Below are positions 18,271-27,792 of a stretch of DNA of 64,000 bases, piece by piece. The stretch is from Lysobacterales bacterium (lineage in GTDB: Bacteria; Pseudomonadota; Gammaproteobacteria; Xanthomonadales; Ahniellaceae): assembly GCA_038330365.1 (NCBI GenBank), contig JBBQNY010000001.1, positions 3,665-67,664 on the forward strand. The letters are read 5' to 3'. Numbering within the stretch: position 1 is the stretch's first letter; each line of letters begins with the position of its first letter. The translations under genes and the position numbers were made by a program. Under the pieces are notes generated by a model. It did no database searches and was not told the DNA's origin. It saw only the letters and a list, made by a program, of their open reading frames with translations.

Positions 18271-19737
18271 ATGCCGATGAGAATGCTGAGAGCGGGCAGC
18301 GAGCCCATGGCACGCGTCGACACTGCGTGGCTGCGGATGGAAGCGCCGACCAACCGGATGATGATCACAGGCGTCATGACCTTCGCTTCGCCGCTGGCGC
18401 TGGAGGATCTCAAGCAGGTGCTCACGCGACGGTTTCTTTCCTATCGCCGCTTCCAGCAGCGCGCCATCGACACCCCCGCCGGTGCGTTCTGGAGCGATGA
18501 CGAGCACTTCGATCTCGACTGGCACCTGCGCGCGACAGCGTTGCCGGGCCATGCCGGCAAAGCGGAGCTGCAGCATCTGGTGAGCCAGCTCGCATCGAGT
18601 CCGCTGGATCATTCCAGGCCACTCTGGCAGTTCCATCTGGTCGAGCGTTACGGCGGCGGATCGGCGCTCATCACGCGACTGCACCACTGCTACGCGGATG
18701 GCATGGCGCTGGTGCAGGTCCTGCTTTCGCTGACCGATGTGGAGGCGAAGCCCACGCACCGCGTGGAGCTGGAACGCGCATGGCTCAAGCGTGACCGCGG
18801 TTCGGTGACCGAGCGTCTTCTGGAGCCGGCGCGCGCCGGCTTGCAGAACGCGGCGCATCTTGGCGGCAAGGCGTTCCACAAGGTGCGCGAACTGATGGAT
18901 GACCCCGCCCAGGTCGAAACGCTGGCTCGGGGCGGTGGTGAAATACTGCGCGAACTGGCGATCGCACTGTCGCTCAGCGACGACCCCATCACGCGCCTCA
19001 AGGGCAGGCTCGGTCCAACCAAGCGGGTTGCCTGGGCCGAGCCCCTGTCGCTGGAGGAGGCCAAGACGCTTTCACGTGCGCTCGAATGCACCGTCAACGA
19101 CGTGTTGCTTGCCGCCGCCGCCGGTGCATTGCGCGCATGGCTGATCGAGAACGGCGATGGTGTCGATGGCATGACCATCCGTGCCACGGTGCCGGTCAAC
19201 CTGCGCCCGCTGGAGCATTCGCGCAAGCTGGGCAATCATTTCGGACTCGTGTTCCTAGATCTGCCCATCGGGGAATCCAATCCCCTGCGCCGGGTCGAGC
19301 GCGTGGCGGAATGCATGCGCGGGCTCAAGCGATCCAGGCAGGCTGCATTGACCTTTGGCTTGCTGGCTGCCGTGGGCATGGCGCCGGCGCCGGTGCAGCG
19401 GGCGGCACTCGAACTGTTCAGTCGCAAGGCGTCGGCGGTCGCGACCAATGTGCCGGGGCCGCAACAGCCCCTGTATCTCGCGGGCAGCCGGATTGACGAT
19501 CTCATGTTCTGGGTGCCGCAGACCGGCTCGGTCGGAGTAGGCATCAGCATCCTGTCCTACAACGGCCAGGTCCATTTCGGTCTGATCGCAGACGCGCAGC
19601 GCATTCCGGATCCGCAAGCCGTGATCGAGCGGTTTGCACCGGAATTCGAGAAACTCATGCTGATCGCACTCATGGAAGACTGGGACGCACCGATCACCGC
19701 GGCCGACGCGCAGGCGACGCTGGAAAAAATGGCCTGA
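18271..19737 (+). CDS. wax ester synthase / acyl-CoA:diacylglycerol acyltransferase (WS/DGAT) family
   Basis: Catalytic HHxxxDG motif HHCYADG at 18682..18702. Length and the C-terminal NVPGP motif are typical. The start could be ATG 18271 or ATG 18307 (MARVDTAWL). Confidence 0.9.
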   Translation: MPMRMLRAGSEPMARVDTAWLRMEAPTNRMMITGVMTFASPLALEDLKQVLTRRFLSYRRFQQRAIDTPAGAFWSDDEHFDLDWHLRATALPGHAGKAELQHLVSQLASSPLDHSRPLWQFHLVERYGGGSALITRLHHCYADGMALVQVLLSLTDVEAKPTHRVELERAWLKRDRGSVTERLLEPARAGLQNAAHLGGKAFHKVRELMDDPAQVETLARGGGEILRELAIALSLSDDPITRLKGRLGPTKRVAWAEPLSLEEAKTLSRALECTVNDVLLAAAAGALRAWLIENGDGVDGMTIRATVPVNLRPLEHSRKLGNHFGLVFLDLPIGESNPLRRVERVAECMRGLKRSRQAALTFGLLAAVGMAPAPVQRAALELFSRKASAVATNVPGPQQPLYLAGSRIDDLMFWVPQTGSVGVGISILSYNGQVHFGLIADAQRIPDPQAVIERFAPEFEKLMLIALMEDWDAPITAADAQATLEKMA

Positions 19738-19758
19738 AGCCTGGGGATCCGAGAGTCC

Positions 19759-20607
19759 CTATTCAATTTGCGATTGCGCGTACGCGGCATCCAGTGCCTC
19801 CATCGCGTCGCGCGGCGGCAGCGCGGCGGCACGCCCGTAAGCAGCCGCGGCTTCGTCCTCGCGCTTGTCCCCATGCAGCGCAAGCAGCATGTTGCCGTGT
19901 TCGATGTGGGCGATTGGCGATTTTGGTCCGAGTTTGAGCGCGGCCGTCATCAGCGCTTCCGCGGTCGCCGCTTTCGCCCCGTAAGTGAGCCCAGCGATCA
20001 GTTTGCCGACCTTCGACACGATCTCGGCGTGATAGAGCGACAGGGCGAGCATGGCCTCGGCGTGCTTCGGCGCCCGCTCGAGCGTGGCGTCGAGGCTGGT
20101 CTTGACCTTGCCCGCCAGACCCTGGCTCAAGGCCTGCGCGATGGAAATCGCCTGGCTGTAACGACCAAGCGAGTAGGCGTGCTGGTAGTGCGTGTTGGGC
20201 GCCGCAGGCCAGGCGTCCGCAGCGATGGCTGCGCGTTCAGCTGCTGCCAGGTAATCGCCCGCCTGCTGTTTCGGGTCCTGCACGAGTCGCGTCGCGTGGA
20301 TGGCCTGCGCGCGGCTGGCGAGGGAGGCGCCCCAGACGCCGAGGGCGTCGCCGCGGTCGAATGCATCGCCGAAGTCGCCACGATGGAACGCGCGCCAGGC
20401 ATCCTGCGCCGCCATTGCGAGTGCTGCCGGCGTGAGCTTGATGCGGGGCTGCGGCGCGGACGCGATCGCAGCGGCCGCCCACTTCGCGTCGGGAAATGGT
20501 TCCCGGTCGCCCTCGTGCAGCGCCGCCCAGCTGGACTTCAAACGGTCGCCGGCAAACTCGAAATCGTGGCCGGTCGATGCAAATGGAATCCAGCGGGTAC
20601 GGGCCAT
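19759..20607 (-). CDS. hypothetical protein (Ala-rich, helical-repeat-like)
   Basis: The track ORF extends to 20706. The ATG at 20607 (MARTRWIPF) avoids overlapping the promoter region of the divergent phasin gene. Codon bias is coding-like. No family recognised. Confidence 0.6.
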   Translation of the reverse strand: MARTRWIPFASTGHDFEFAGDRLKSSWAALHEGDREPFPDAKWAAAAIASAPQPRIKLTPAALAMAAQDAWRAFHRGDFGDAFDRGDALGVWGASLASRAQAIHATRLVQDPKQQAGDYLAAAERAAIAADAWPAAPNTHYQHAYSLGRYSQAISIAQALSQGLAGKVKTSLDATLERAPKHAEAMLALSLYHAEIVSKVGKLIAGLTYGAKAATAEALMTAALKLGPKSPIAHIEHGNMLLALHGDKREDEAAAAYGRAAALPPRDAMEALDAAYAQSQIE

Positions 20608-20754
20608 GGCAGTCGCTCGCGCAGGGCGGACCAGAATGCGGCATGCGTCGTTCGGCGGCAATGGCGAACGCCAAGGGAGCTCCCCAGGGTAGGGTGAATG
20701 CTCCATTGCGAGCGCCTACATTGGGTGCCTCAATCACGCAGTCCGGAAACCCTC

Positions 20755-21222
20755 ATGGCGAGTAGACAGATCCGCAGCACCCCCAAGCGCAACCCGTCGG
20801 CGCGCGAAATGCCACGTCAAATCTGGCTCGCCGGTCTCGGTGCATTCTCTTTCGCCCGCAAGCACGGCCGTTCAACCTTCAACCGCATGGTGAACGAGGG
20901 TGAGTCAGTGCGCGTCGATGCCGGCAAGCTGGCGCGTCAGCTGGACCATGACTTCCGTCGTGCAGCCGGCGACGTGGCCACCCGCGTTCAGGCTGGCTAC
21001 GCGCCACTGCGCAAGCGCGTGCTGGCGAATCTGCGCCAGACGGAGAAGAACATCGGGGCCGGTGCGGACGAGACGCTCGCGAAGGCGCGTTCGATCATTG
21101 ACCAGTCGCGCGCCGAGCTCAAGCGCGTGCGCGACAATGCCCGCGCCCGCCAGCGGCGTGCGGATGCACCCGCCACCGCGCGCAAGACCGCGCCGCGTCG
21201 CCGCAAGGCCGCAAACGCCTGA
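20755..21222 (+). CDS. phasin (PHA granule-associated protein family)
   Basis: ATG at 20755 (MASRQI...). IWLAGLGAFSFARKHG is the signature N-terminal motif of PhaF/PhaI-type phasins. It has a basic Arg/Ala/Lys C-terminal tail. Confidence 0.8.
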   Translation: MASRQIRSTPKRNPSAREMPRQIWLAGLGAFSFARKHGRSTFNRMVNEGESVRVDAGKLARQLDHDFRRAAGDVATRVQAGYAPLRKRVLANLRQTEKNIGAGADETLAKARSIIDQSRAELKRVRDNARARQRRADAPATARKTAPRRRKAANA

Positions 21223-21240
21223 TCCCCGCCGCGATACTCA

Positions 21241-21275
21241 ACGCGGCGCCGAGGAAGTCTTCCTCGGCGCCGCGT
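21241..21275. terminator. 17-bp-arm perfect palindrome between convergent phasin and pip genes
   Basis: ACGCGGCGCCGAGGAAG-t-CTTCCTCGGCGCCGCGT lies 19 nt after the phasin stop. There is no strong U-tract on either strand. Confidence 0.45.
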
Positions 21276-21370
21276 GCTGATTGCGATGAGGAGCCTGGGA
21301 ACGTTTGATCGGAATCTCCCTGCTCGAGAGCGTTGGACGAGGGCCCGCGCCAAGGGCGCGCCACGAGCGA

Positions 21371-22324
21371 TCAGCGATATCGATCCGTGGCTCGGACCAG
21401 CGCATCAGTGTTGCCCGCCTCGAAGGCCGAATGTCCGGCATCGCCGACGATCTCGAGTTCCGCCCGCGGCCAGGCCTGCTTGAGTTCCCACGCATTGGCC
21501 AGCGGACACACCACGTCGTAGCGGCCATGCACGATCGTGCCGGGTATGTCCGCCAGCTGCATGGCATCGCGCAGCAGCTGATTCTCCACCTCGAAGAACC
21601 CGCCGTGGACAAAGTAATGGCATTCGATCCGCGCGAACGCGAGTGCGAACTGCGCCTCGTCGTGTGACGCCACAAACTCCGCATCCGGCGTCAGGAAACT
21701 GGTGGCTCCCTCCCACGTCGCCCACGCGCGCGCCGCAGCCAGCCGTTCGTCTGCGTCAGCCGATGTCAGCCGGCGGTGGTATGCGGAAATCAGGTCATGC
21801 CGCTCGACCTCCGGAATTGCAGCTAGGAAATGCTGCCACGCGTCCGGATAGAGCCGCGACGCGCCTTGCTGGTAGAACCATTCCAGTTCCCAGCGTCGCA
21901 ACATGAAAATTCCGCGCAGCACCATCTCGGTGACGCGGGCCGGGTGCTTTTCCGCGTACGCCAACGCCAGCGTCGATCCCCAGGAACCGCCGAATACCTG
22001 CCAGCGCTCGATCCCGAGTCGCTCCCGCAGCTGTTCGATGTCGGCCACCAGGTCCCATGTGGTGTTGTCGACGAGATCGGCAGTCGGCGTGGAACGGCCG
22101 GATCCACGCTGGTCGAACAGCACGATGCGGTAGTGCGCGGGATCATGGAAGCACCGCATCTTGGCGTTGCACCCGCCGCCCGGCCCGCCGTGCAGCACGA
22201 CCACCGGCTTGCCTTGGGGATTGCCGCATTGCTCGAAATAGAGCGTATGCCTGTCGTCGACCTTCATCGTGCCGCTGTCGTAGGGCTCGATGCCAGGGTA
22301 GAGCGTGCGCCGCGATGCATTCAT
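21371..22324 (-). CDS. pip: prolyl aminopeptidase (proline iminopeptidase)
   Basis: MNASRRTLYPGIEPY...VDDRHTLYFEQCGNPQGKPVVVLHGGPGGG and GGSWGSTLAL (GxSxG). An alternative ATG at 22351 would overlap the TetR stop (ATGA). Confidence 0.92.
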   Translation of the reverse strand: MNASRRTLYPGIEPYDSGTMKVDDRHTLYFEQCGNPQGKPVVVLHGGPGGGCNAKMRCFHDPAHYRIVLFDQRGSGRSTPTADLVDNTTWDLVADIEQLRERLGIERWQVFGGSWGSTLALAYAEKHPARVTEMVLRGIFMLRRWELEWFYQQGASRLYPDAWQHFLAAIPEVERHDLISAYHRRLTSADADERLAAARAWATWEGATSFLTPDAEFVASHDEAQFALAFARIECHYFVHGGFFEVENQLLRDAMQLADIPGTIVHGRYDVVCPLANAWELKQAWPRAELEIVGDAGHSAFEAGNTDALVRATDRYR

Positions 22325-22347
22325 GCGTGGGCCTTGTGAGTCGATGA

Positions 22348-22980
22348 TCATTTCAGATACTGGGTCGCGAGGTTGTGCAGGTGCAGCCGCTCGGCATCGC
22401 GCAGGAAAGGCGCGAGAAGCATCATGACCTGGTAGATCCCGCGGGTGAGATCGGTCGCTTCGCGCTCAAGATGTCCTCCGCGCACCGCGTTGTAACTCAT
22501 CCAGAAGCTCGTCACGAGCAGCACGTTTTCGGCTGTCGCCTCGATTTCGGCGCGTGACGCGCGCATCTCGCCGCTGCTCGCAAGCCCGCGCAGCACGACC
22601 TCGGCATTGGCCGTCGCGCGCTTGAGGATCCGCGAGAAATGCAGCCGCAATTTGCGGTTGCGGCTGGTGATGTCCACCAGGTCCCGGTAGATGAAACGAA
22701 AGTCCCACATGCACTCGAAGGCGACGTGCAGCTGCAGCCAGATGTCTTCCAGCGTCGGCAGCCGGTCTTCGGGCTGGACCAGCGCCTCTTCGATACGGAC
22801 TTCATAGCGTGCGAACAAATGCTCGACGATGTCGTCCTTGTTGCGGAAATGGTAGTAGAGGTTGCCCGGACTGATCTCGAGTTCGTCCGCGATGTGATTG
22901 GTGGTGACATTCGGCTCGCCGCGCTCGTTGAACATGCCGAGGCTGGCATCGAGGATTCGATCGCGGGTCTTGCTGGCCAT
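22348..22980 (-). CDS. TetR/AcrR family transcriptional regulator
   Basis: The ATG at 22980 gives MASKTRDRILDASLGMFNERGEPNVTTNHIADELEISPGNLYYHFRNK, a TetR HTH. The upstream part of the track ORF is antisense/low quality. Confidence 0.9.
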   Translation of the reverse strand: MASKTRDRILDASLGMFNERGEPNVTTNHIADELEISPGNLYYHFRNKDDIVEHLFARYEVRIEEALVQPEDRLPTLEDIWLQLHVAFECMWDFRFIYRDLVDITSRNRKLRLHFSRILKRATANAEVVLRGLASSGEMRASRAEIEATAENVLLVTSFWMSYNAVRGGHLEREATDLTRGIYQVMMLLAPFLRDAERLHLHNLATQYLK

Positions 22981-23005
22981 TTGGGCTCCCTCTTCTGCCC
23001 TCGGC

Positions 23006-23263
23006 TCAGCCGGCGAGCTTGTCCACCAGGTCGGCGTACTGCTGCTGCGCCTTGTCCGGCGGGGTGCCCTTGAGCTTGGACCACGCGTCGTACTTCGCTC
23101 CACCCTTGAAGTCGAAGAAGGCCGGCCGCTCGCCGCTGACGTCGCCCTCGCTGCCCTGCTTGTAGAGGGCGTACAGACGCAACAGCATCGCGTCGTCGGG
23201 ACGATCGGTCAGCGTCTTGATCTTCTGCTGGGCGGCTTCGAATCGTGTTCCGGGATCGGCCAT
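23006..23263 (-). CDS. acyl-CoA-binding protein (ACBP)
   Basis: 85 aa from the ATG at 23263: MADPGTRFEAAQQKIKTL...LLRLYALYKQGSEGD...KYDAWSKLKG, the classic ACBP four-helix signature. Confidence 0.88.
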   Translation of the reverse strand: MADPGTRFEAAQQKIKTLTDRPDDAMLLRLYALYKQGSEGDVSGERPAFFDFKGGAKYDAWSKLKGTPPDKAQQQYADLVDKLAG

Positions 23264-23466
23264 GTGCGTTGTTTCCAGGCGGGATGGTTGCAGGGATCCT
23301 CCGAACAATGCCACGTCGGCGGCACGATGCCCAGAAGGGCCGAAGCAGGATCACGGATCAACGCGCTTCCTGCCCGCAGCTCGCGCGCTTCTGGTCAAGC
23401 CCGCACGGGATGGCTATCTTGCTGCGACGGGCGTGCACGGCGCCGCTGGCGACTTGCGGGGAAGTC

Positions 23467-25449
23467 ATGAGCTATTTCATCACGGGCGGCACCGGGTTCA
23501 TTGGCCGACATCTGGTCGAGCGTCTGCTCGCGCGCAGTGGCAAGATCCATGTGCTGGTGCGCCGCGGGTCCGAAGCAAAATTCGACCAGCTGGTGGCGCA
23601 GAGCGGAGCCGCCAAGGGCAGGCTGGTGAAGGTGACGGGAGATCTCGCCAAGCCCAGGCTCGGACTTGCGCCCGCCGCCATCGCAAAACTCCGCGGCAAA
23701 GTGCGCCATTTCTTCCATCTGGCCGCGATCTACGATCTCACCGCGGATGCCGAAACCCAGGAAGACATCAACGTAGGTGGCACCCGGCGCGCCCTGGAGC
23801 TGGCGTCGGCAATCGGCGCGGGTACGTTCCATCATGTGAGTTCGATCGCGGCTGCAGGCCTTTATCCCGGCGTATTCAAGGAAGACATGTTCAGCGAGGC
23901 TGAAGGACTGGACGATCCGTACTTCCGCACCAAACACGACTCCGAGGGGCTGGTGCGCGCGCAGGACGAGATCCCTTTCCGAATCTACCGGCCGGCGATC
24001 GTGGTGGGCGACTCGCGTACAGGCGAAATCGACAAGATCGACGGCCCCTACTATTTCTTCCGCCTGATCAAGAAGACCCGCGAACTGTTGCCCAAGTGGA
24101 TGCCCACCATCGGTATCGAGGGCAGTCGCATCAATGTCGTGCCGGTCGATTTCGTCGCGGCCGCCATCGATCACATCGCGCACAAAAGGGGACTGGACGG
24201 GCAGGCCTTCCACCTCGTGGATCCCGCACCGCTGCGCGTTGGCGAGGTCCTCAACATTTTTGCGCGAGCTGCCCACGCGCCCGAGATGACCATGCGTATC
24301 GATGCCCGCATGTTCGCGGTCGTGCCCCCGTTCATCCGCAGCGCGCTGGGCAACCTGCCACCGGTGAAACGTCTCACCGGCATGGTCATGAAAGATCTCG
24401 GGATTCCGCGCGAGGTGCTGAAGTACATCAGTTATCCGACGCGTTTCGATACCCGCGAGGCGGAGCGCGCGCTCAAGGGCAGCGGGATCGAGGTGCCGCC
24501 GCTCGAGTCGTATGCGTGGAAGCTCTGGGACTACTGGGAACGTCATCTCGATCCGGAACTGTTCCTCGATCATTCACTGAACGGGCGCGTACGTGGCAAA
24601 AGAGTGCTGATCACCGGCGGCTCAGCGGGTATCGGGCGCGCGGCCGCACTCAAGATCGCAGCGGCGGGAGCGGAAGTGATCATCGTCGCGCGCAAGCAGG
24701 AAGAGCTCGACAGCGTGCGTGCCGAGATCGAGGGTGCAGGCGGCATATGCCATTGCTACACCGCGGACATCGCCGAGCTGGACCAGTGCGACCGGCTGGT
24801 GGCATCGGTGCTGGCGGAGCATGGTCCACTCGATGTGCTCATCAACAACGCGGGGCGGTCGATCCGGCGTTCGGTCGCACTCTCCTACGATCGTTTCCAT
24901 GATTTCGAGCGCACCATGCAGCTCAACTATTTCGGGGCGTTGCGACTCATCCTCGGCTTCCTGCCGACGATGGCGGAGCGTCGCCGCGGCCACGTGATCA
25001 ATATCTCGTCAATCGGCGTACTGGCGAACTCGCCGCGTTTCTCGGCCTATGTGGCCTCGAAGTCCGCGCTCGACGCGTTCTCGAACTGTGCGCAGGGCGA
25101 GTTCTCGGATCTTGGTATCGCGTTCACCACCATCAACATGCCGCTGGTGCGAACGGCAATGATCGGGCCGACGAAGATGTATGACAGCGTGCCCACGCTG
25201 TCGCCGGAAGAGGCAGCCGACATGATCTCGACCGCGATCATCCGGCGGCCGAGCCGTATCGCGACCCGGCTCGGGGTTTTCTCGTCGGTGTTGAACGCCG
25301 TGGCGCCCAAGGCTTACGAGGTCGTGATGAACACCGCGTACAACCTCTTCCCCGATTCAGCGGCAGCCAAGGGCATGAAGGGCAGGGATGAGAAGCCCTC
25401 GAACGAGCAGGTGGCATTCGCTGCCGTCATGCGTGGCGTGCACTGGTAG
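23467..25449 (+). CDS. two-domain fatty acyl-CoA reductase-like SDR (N-terminal thioester-reductase/male-sterility-type domain plus C-terminal classical SDR)
   Basis: The ATG at 23467 gives MSYFITGGTGFIGRHL. A second Rossmann motif VLITGGSAGIGRAAAL lies about 400 aa in, and YVASKSA is the SDR catalytic motif. At 660 aa it has the size and layout of the Marinobacter 661-aa alcohol-forming fatty acyl-CoA reductase, as I recall it. Confidence 0.8.
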   Translation: MSYFITGGTGFIGRHLVERLLARSGKIHVLVRRGSEAKFDQLVAQSGAAKGRLVKVTGDLAKPRLGLAPAAIAKLRGKVRHFFHLAAIYDLTADAETQEDINVGGTRRALELASAIGAGTFHHVSSIAAAGLYPGVFKEDMFSEAEGLDDPYFRTKHDSEGLVRAQDEIPFRIYRPAIVVGDSRTGEIDKIDGPYYFFRLIKKTRELLPKWMPTIGIEGSRINVVPVDFVAAAIDHIAHKRGLDGQAFHLVDPAPLRVGEVLNIFARAAHAPEMTMRIDARMFAVVPPFIRSALGNLPPVKRLTGMVMKDLGIPREVLKYISYPTRFDTREAERALKGSGIEVPPLESYAWKLWDYWERHLDPELFLDHSLNGRVRGKRVLITGGSAGIGRAAALKIAAAGAEVIIVARKQEELDSVRAEIEGAGGICHCYTADIAELDQCDRLVASVLAEHGPLDVLINNAGRSIRRSVALSYDRFHDFERTMQLNYFGALRLILGFLPTMAERRRGHVINISSIGVLANSPRFSAYVASKSALDAFSNCAQGEFSDLGIAFTTINMPLVRTAMIGPTKMYDSVPTLSPEEAADMISTAIIRRPSRIATRLGVFSSVLNAVAPKAYEVVMNTAYNLFPDSAAAKGMKGRDEKPSNEQVAFAAVMRGVHW

Positions 25450-25599
25450 CGCGGACGCCGCCGCCCGTCAGGCTCACACGGAGCCAAAGGCGCTCCGCAG
25501 ACATCGACCAGTCCCGGACTCTCTGGTTCAGAACGTGCCGATGTTCACCGACCGAGATTCGCCGGCCCGGTCGATGTCGCCGACATCACTGCGCTGGCG

Positions 25600-26229
25600 T
25601 CAGCTCTTCGTTCGAGCGCTGCGGGCGCGCTTGCCCGTGCTTTTGACGGCGGTTTTGCGACCACCTGGCTTGCGGGTGGCGGTCTTGCCGGCCGCAGAAT
25701 TTTTCCCGGACGTGCTGGCACCCGACGCCTTGCCCGCAGGAGATTTCCGAGCGGCGCCGCGCGCAGCCGGCTTGTTCGCCGGAGCAGACGTGGGACGCGC
25801 AGCCGACGCGCTGTAAGCCTGCTGCGCGCGCACACTGCGGTTGAGCTCTTCGATGCGCTCGACCAGTGCGTGCATCTCGTCGCGTCCGGGCACACCAAGA
25901 CGGGTAAGAGCGCGTGAGACGCGATCTTCGAAAACCTTTTCCAGCCGGTCCCAGGTATCGGCAGCACGTTCTTTTACATTGCCCACGGTGTTCTCCATGC
26001 GGTCGCGCACGTCATTGGCGCGGCCCGACGTGAAATGACGGGTTTTGGATTCGATCGTCTGGCCTTCGCGGATCAGCGCCTCGAACAGTTTCGAGCCCTG
26101 GTCCTGCGCGCGGGAAAACGCGCCGAGGCCAGCCATCCAGATGTGCTGGGCGGATTCGAGCAACTTGCCTTGCGCGTCGCTCGGCGGCGTGCCGGTTCCG
26201 GATTTCTTCTTGAATCGGGGTTCGGTCAT
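25600..26229 (-). CDS. PhaF-like phasin with histone-H1-like Ala/Lys/Pro tail
   Basis: The ATG at 26229 gives MTEPRFKK... with the phasin signature IWMAGLGAFSRAQDQG. The C-terminal ~70 aa are AKP/GK-rich (AARPTSAPANKPAARGAARKSPAGKASG...KRARSARTKS). Confidence 0.82.
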   Translation of the reverse strand: MTEPRFKKKSGTGTPPSDAQGKLLESAQHIWMAGLGAFSRAQDQGSKLFEALIREGQTIESKTRHFTSGRANDVRDRMENTVGNVKERAADTWDRLEKVFEDRVSRALTRLGVPGRDEMHALVERIEELNRSVRAQQAYSASAARPTSAPANKPAARGAARKSPAGKASGASTSGKNSAAGKTATRKPGGRKTAVKSTGKRARSARTKS

Positions 26230-26352
26230 GGATGCGGTCTCGGATCGGGGGAGAGGCATGCTGGAACGGATTTCTCGAATAGACAATCTACGCGCGCACT
26301 TGCCGCCCGGGCAAGCGCTAGGACTCGATCCCCCCGCGTCTCCGGGACAGTG

Positions 26353-27669
26353 TCACCGCTGCACCCGCCTCCTGGGCCTGCGAGCGGGCTTCCCTGGCGC
26401 GCCCGCGTCGGGTGCTGCGCGACGGACACTTTCGTCCAGGTCGTCGAGAGCACGACGCAGTTTGCGCGACTGCTCGGTCGCTCTCGGGCGTGGGGCACGC
26501 AATCGATCCAGCAGGCGCACCGCAGGATTGTCCAGTACTTCGTCGCGCAGGCGGATGCCGTGACGGGCCAGCAGCGGCGCCAGGGTGGCACGCTGTCGCC
26601 GGAGGTCGGCCAGCGTCGACTGGAACGCATGTTCGGCGACCGTCCGGCGATTGCCGTAGCTGAACAGACTCGCGAAGAAGACGTCGCTGTCGTTGGCGTC
26701 GGGCTCAAACAGAACCAGGTCCGATGCGGGAAACTGCTGTCGATACTTTTCCAGACCGACCTGCATGCGGGACTTGAGCAGGGTGCGAAACGTCTGTGAC
26801 AGTACCGCTGGCAGGCCGCTTTTGCTCAGGGATGCGAATCGTCGTCGTGCACCCTGATTTCGGGAATCAGGGGAGTCGGATCCGGATGCGTTTTCCGCAT
26901 CGAAGGGCACCAGCGGATTGAGCGCGAGCACCAGATCCGCGCCGTCAGCCATGGCCACCGATGCATGCATGGTGCGGCGCAGGGCGCCATCCACGTAGTG
27001 GCGGCCGTCGATCTCGACCGGCGGATACAGACCCGGCAACGCGGAACTCGCCTGTACCGCCCTGGAAATCGGCACGTGATCGAATCCGGGCGCTCCGAAT
27101 CGCACCACCGCCCCGGTATCCAGGTCGACGGCCACCACGAACAGGCGGCGCGGCAGTTCGCGGAAGTCGTTGCTGCGGCCGTAGTAGGCGAACACATCCC
27201 GCAGATAGCGATCAATGGGCTCGTTGTCGAACAGTCCTGCTGGCACCAGCGCGCCGAAGCGCGCGAATCCGCTGCTCCACCAGCCTTGCAGCGGATGACG
27301 CAGGCGGTCAGCCGCCCAGCCGAGCAGCACGCCCGGCGCTGCGCCCATGCGACTCATGTACTCCGCGAACGCCGGGCGCAAGAACTGTTCCGGACGGAAA
27401 TTGACCCGCGGCGCCTTGCCCGTGATGAACAGTCGGCAGATCTCGTCGATATCGATGCCGTTGGCGAGACCCGCGGCCAGAAACGCGCCGGAACTCACGC
27501 CCACGTACACATCCAGACGGGTCAGATCGCAGCCTTCCAGCGCCCGGTCGAGGGCACTGAGCGCGCCGACCTCGTACATGCCGCCAACCGGTCCGCCGCC
27601 GGCTATGGCGATGCCCACGCGGGAACGCTTGGCGCGACGCGGCGAGTCGCCGGTTTGAACGATCAGCAT
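26353..27669 (-). CDS. patatin-like phospholipase/lipase
   Basis: ATG at 27669 (MLIVQTGD...). Oxyanion motif IAGGGPVGG, nucleophile GVSSG (GxSxG), Asp dyad YVDGAL. The upstream 169 codons of the track ORF are not supported. Confidence 0.88.
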   Translation of the reverse strand: MLIVQTGDSPRRAKRSRVGIAIAGGGPVGGMYEVGALSALDRALEGCDLTRLDVYVGVSSGAFLAAGLANGIDIDEICRLFITGKAPRVNFRPEQFLRPAFAEYMSRMGAAPGVLLGWAADRLRHPLQGWWSSGFARFGALVPAGLFDNEPIDRYLRDVFAYYGRSNDFRELPRRLFVVAVDLDTGAVVRFGAPGFDHVPISRAVQASSALPGLYPPVEIDGRHYVDGALRRTMHASVAMADGADLVLALNPLVPFDAENASGSDSPDSRNQGARRRFASLSKSGLPAVLSQTFRTLLKSRMQVGLEKYRQQFPASDLVLFEPDANDSDVFFASLFSYGNRRTVAEHAFQSTLADLRRQRATLAPLLARHGIRLRDEVLDNPAVRLLDRLRAPRPRATEQSRKLRRALDDLDESVRRAAPDAGAPGKPARRPRRRVQR

Positions 27670-27792
27670 GCAGGACTGCAGTCGGACGGACGGAGCGCGA
27701 TTGTAGGGGATGCGCAGCGGCGGCCTCGGGTCTGCGTGCACTCCTGGCGTAGAGTTGAGCGCCGAATTTCGAGACAAAGGCCCCCGACTGGT

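Noticed and set aside
25388-25816. 142-aa ORF on the plus strand after the reductase gene
   Set aside because: It overlaps the PhaF-like phasin gene in antisense. Its Ala/Arg/Pro-rich product mirrors the phasin AKP tail on the other strand.
26965-27792. First 276 codons of the 520-aa ORF 26965..28527(+)
   Set aside because: This part is antisense to the patatin gene, which has all catalytic motifs. Only the part after the ATG at 27793, which lies outside the patatin gene, looks like an independent gene.
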